Source of the DNA: Lama glama | Taxonomy: Eukaryota | DNA: 64,000 nucleotides | NCBI GenBank assembly: GCA_028534125.1 | Contig: CM052816.1 | Span: forward strand, 73,348,001 to 73,412,000 | Direction of reading: 5' to 3' | Shown here: piece after piece, positions 62,181 to 64,000 of the stretch | Position numbering within the stretch: position 1 is the first letter of the stretch | Layout: each line of letters begins with the position of its first letter | The notes under the pieces: generated by a model | The model's input: the letters and a program-made list of their open reading frames with translations, nothing else | Told to the model about the DNA's origin: nothing | Database searches by the model: none | Translations under genes and position numbers: made by a program

Positions 62181-63703
62181 AATTGTAAATTAAGAGTTCA
62201 TCTTAGGATAATTATCAGAAATTTACCTTAAAATGCACTTCAATATTGAACAGAGAAAATATTTATAATAGTAAAACTGCCAAAAGACCTCAGTGTATAA
62301 TAACAGGGAACAATTAAATTACTTAGATGAGCTATATTTTAACCAATAAAATAAGGAATATTTGCTAACACAGGAAAATATTACTGCTGGGTAAATTTAA
62401 ATAATACATTTGTAATTATAAGTCCTAATGTTAGGATATTTTAAAAATGTGTGTGTGTGTATATACATAAAACACATCTGAACATCTCAGGTAGTGTGAC
62501 GGGGAGGGGTTGTTCTCATATTGTTAGTGTTTGTATTGATTCTGGGTTGGGATAAGATTTCTTGTTCAAACATTGGTTTTTTTTTTTTTCAAACATTAAC
62601 AAACACGAAACAGTCATTTTATAAAGAGGAGAAACGTGCAACTATTATACCTAAAAATAATGGTTTTAATAATCACAGGTATTGAAGTATTCACTTGCCT
62701 GTCATTACATTTCTTTGTGTCTTTTGGCATAAATATTTTAACTGGTTGTGATTCATCACTTATTTTTCTTTCATAGTATCACCTTACAGGGATAAACTTT
62801 CTTCTTGTTCTTGCGATACCAGATACAGCCAGAGAGTCATTAAGCAAGTAACTTTGTAAAGACACTGTATCCTGGATTTAACATTTACTCCCTTGACAGA
62901 ATTATTCATGAGATCTAGCAGAGGAGGATCAATTTAGGTGAACTGATATTACTTAGAGAAAACCTACAAGATGTTTTAAGCCATTTCTCTGCAATTCTAG
63001 TATACAAACAAAGCTACCTAAACGTTCTCTCATTTACATTTTTAAGATGCAATGGTAAAAATAGACAGAAAATAAAATGTTGTATAGAGGAGTATTTAAT
63101 AGCTATCAAGCCCCTTCAAAAATACCTCAAAGTATGTTCCTGCATGGAGAAGTTTTAAAGAAAAAATTACACATTTTGGTTCCTTGAATTTGTTAGAACA
63201 CTCTTGTTTGTTTTCACTTTTATGACTGGTACTCGGCTGAGGAAGCAATGGTGAGTGTGAGTAGACAGTTCTTGCACAGGGGGATCTTGCAGTCTAGAAA
63301 TCAAACCTATGTGAGGCTCAGGTTAGCCACTCAGAAAATGATGGCACCTTCCCTAGTGAGATGCAACAGTGCCAGCCTCACGTATTACTGGCGTGGTTCT
63401 CACTGTTTGTTTAATATGTAGATGCCCAGCCATGCCTCCAAAGACTGAAATGGTAGATTTGAAAAAGGAACTCGGGGTCTACACTTCTAATAAAAGCCTA
63501 GGTATTTCTGACACAGAGGGTCTACATTTCACACTTTGGAAAATGCTAGCATTTAACAGGCATTGCTGAGTTTTGCAAAAGTGGGAAGAAATTAGACCTG
63601 GCATTAAATTCCTATTAGCTCTTTCTGCTTTCCTAGAATGATTATACAATATGTAAGATTAGAAAGTAGTAGAACAGTCTATAATCTAATGTATAATTTA
63701 AAC

Positions 63704-64000
63704 TGTTATACCTGAGTTGTTGGGATACGCCCCATTCGTATGTTAAATCTTATCCCTAATGTGATAGCATTTGGAAGTGGAGACTTTGGGGGTTATTAGC
63801 TCATAAGGTGGTGCTCTCATGAGTGGGATTAGTGCCTTTGTAAAAGAGACCCCAGATAGCTTCCTTGCCCCTTTCTGCCACATGAGGACACAGCAAGAAG
63901 ATGGCTCTCTATGAACCAGGAAGCGAGCCCTCACCAGACCACCGTATGCTGACCCTCTGATCTTGGATGTTCCAGCCTTCAGAACTGTGATAAATAAATG
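63704..64000 (+). mobile_element. MLT1A/MST-like MaLR LTR (runs off the window end)
   Basis: CTCATGAGTGGGATTAGTGCCTTTGTAAAAGAGACCCCAG...CATGAGGACACAGCAAGAAGATGGC...CCAGCCTTCAGAACTGTGA. Confidence 0.9.

Noticed and set aside
1..64000. Inferring host-gene strand from L1 orientation bias (mostly +)
   Set aside because: Too few independent elements, and LTR and L2 orientations are mixed
1..64000. CRISPR arrays, operons or other prokaryotic/viral systems
   Set aside because: The sequence is mammalian repeat-rich DNA with no repeat-spacer arrays or gene-dense segments

Overview
This is mammalian (eutherian) non-coding genomic DNA, most likely camelid. That assignment is inferred from two tRNA-derived Vic-1-like SINEs and artiodactyl-type L1 3' ends; I recognised no Alu, B1/B2, SINEC or BovB/Bov-A. 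The window is AT-rich and dominated by transposon relics: young and old L1, L2, MIR, MaLR/ERVL/ERV1 LTRs, hAT and Tigger elements. I found no recognisable protein-coding exon. The ORF-track hits are chance ORFs or broken L1 ORF2 pieces, so this is intergenic or deep intronic sequence. I found no convincing new biological system. The best second-look items are: a solo LTR nested inside another solo LTR, carrying a perfect NF-kB site and preceded by a textbook splice acceptor (about 11.05-12.09 kb); a tailless SINE with target-site duplications (57.09 kb); a near-consensus CTCF site (48.46 kb); candidate non-coding exons next to an unusually CpG-rich old L2 (21.0-21.4 kb and 25.4 kb); and an unclassified LTR-like segment (19.3-20.2 kb). 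Repeat family names come from recalled consensus sequences, not from a RepeatMasker run. Boundaries of old repeats are approximate.
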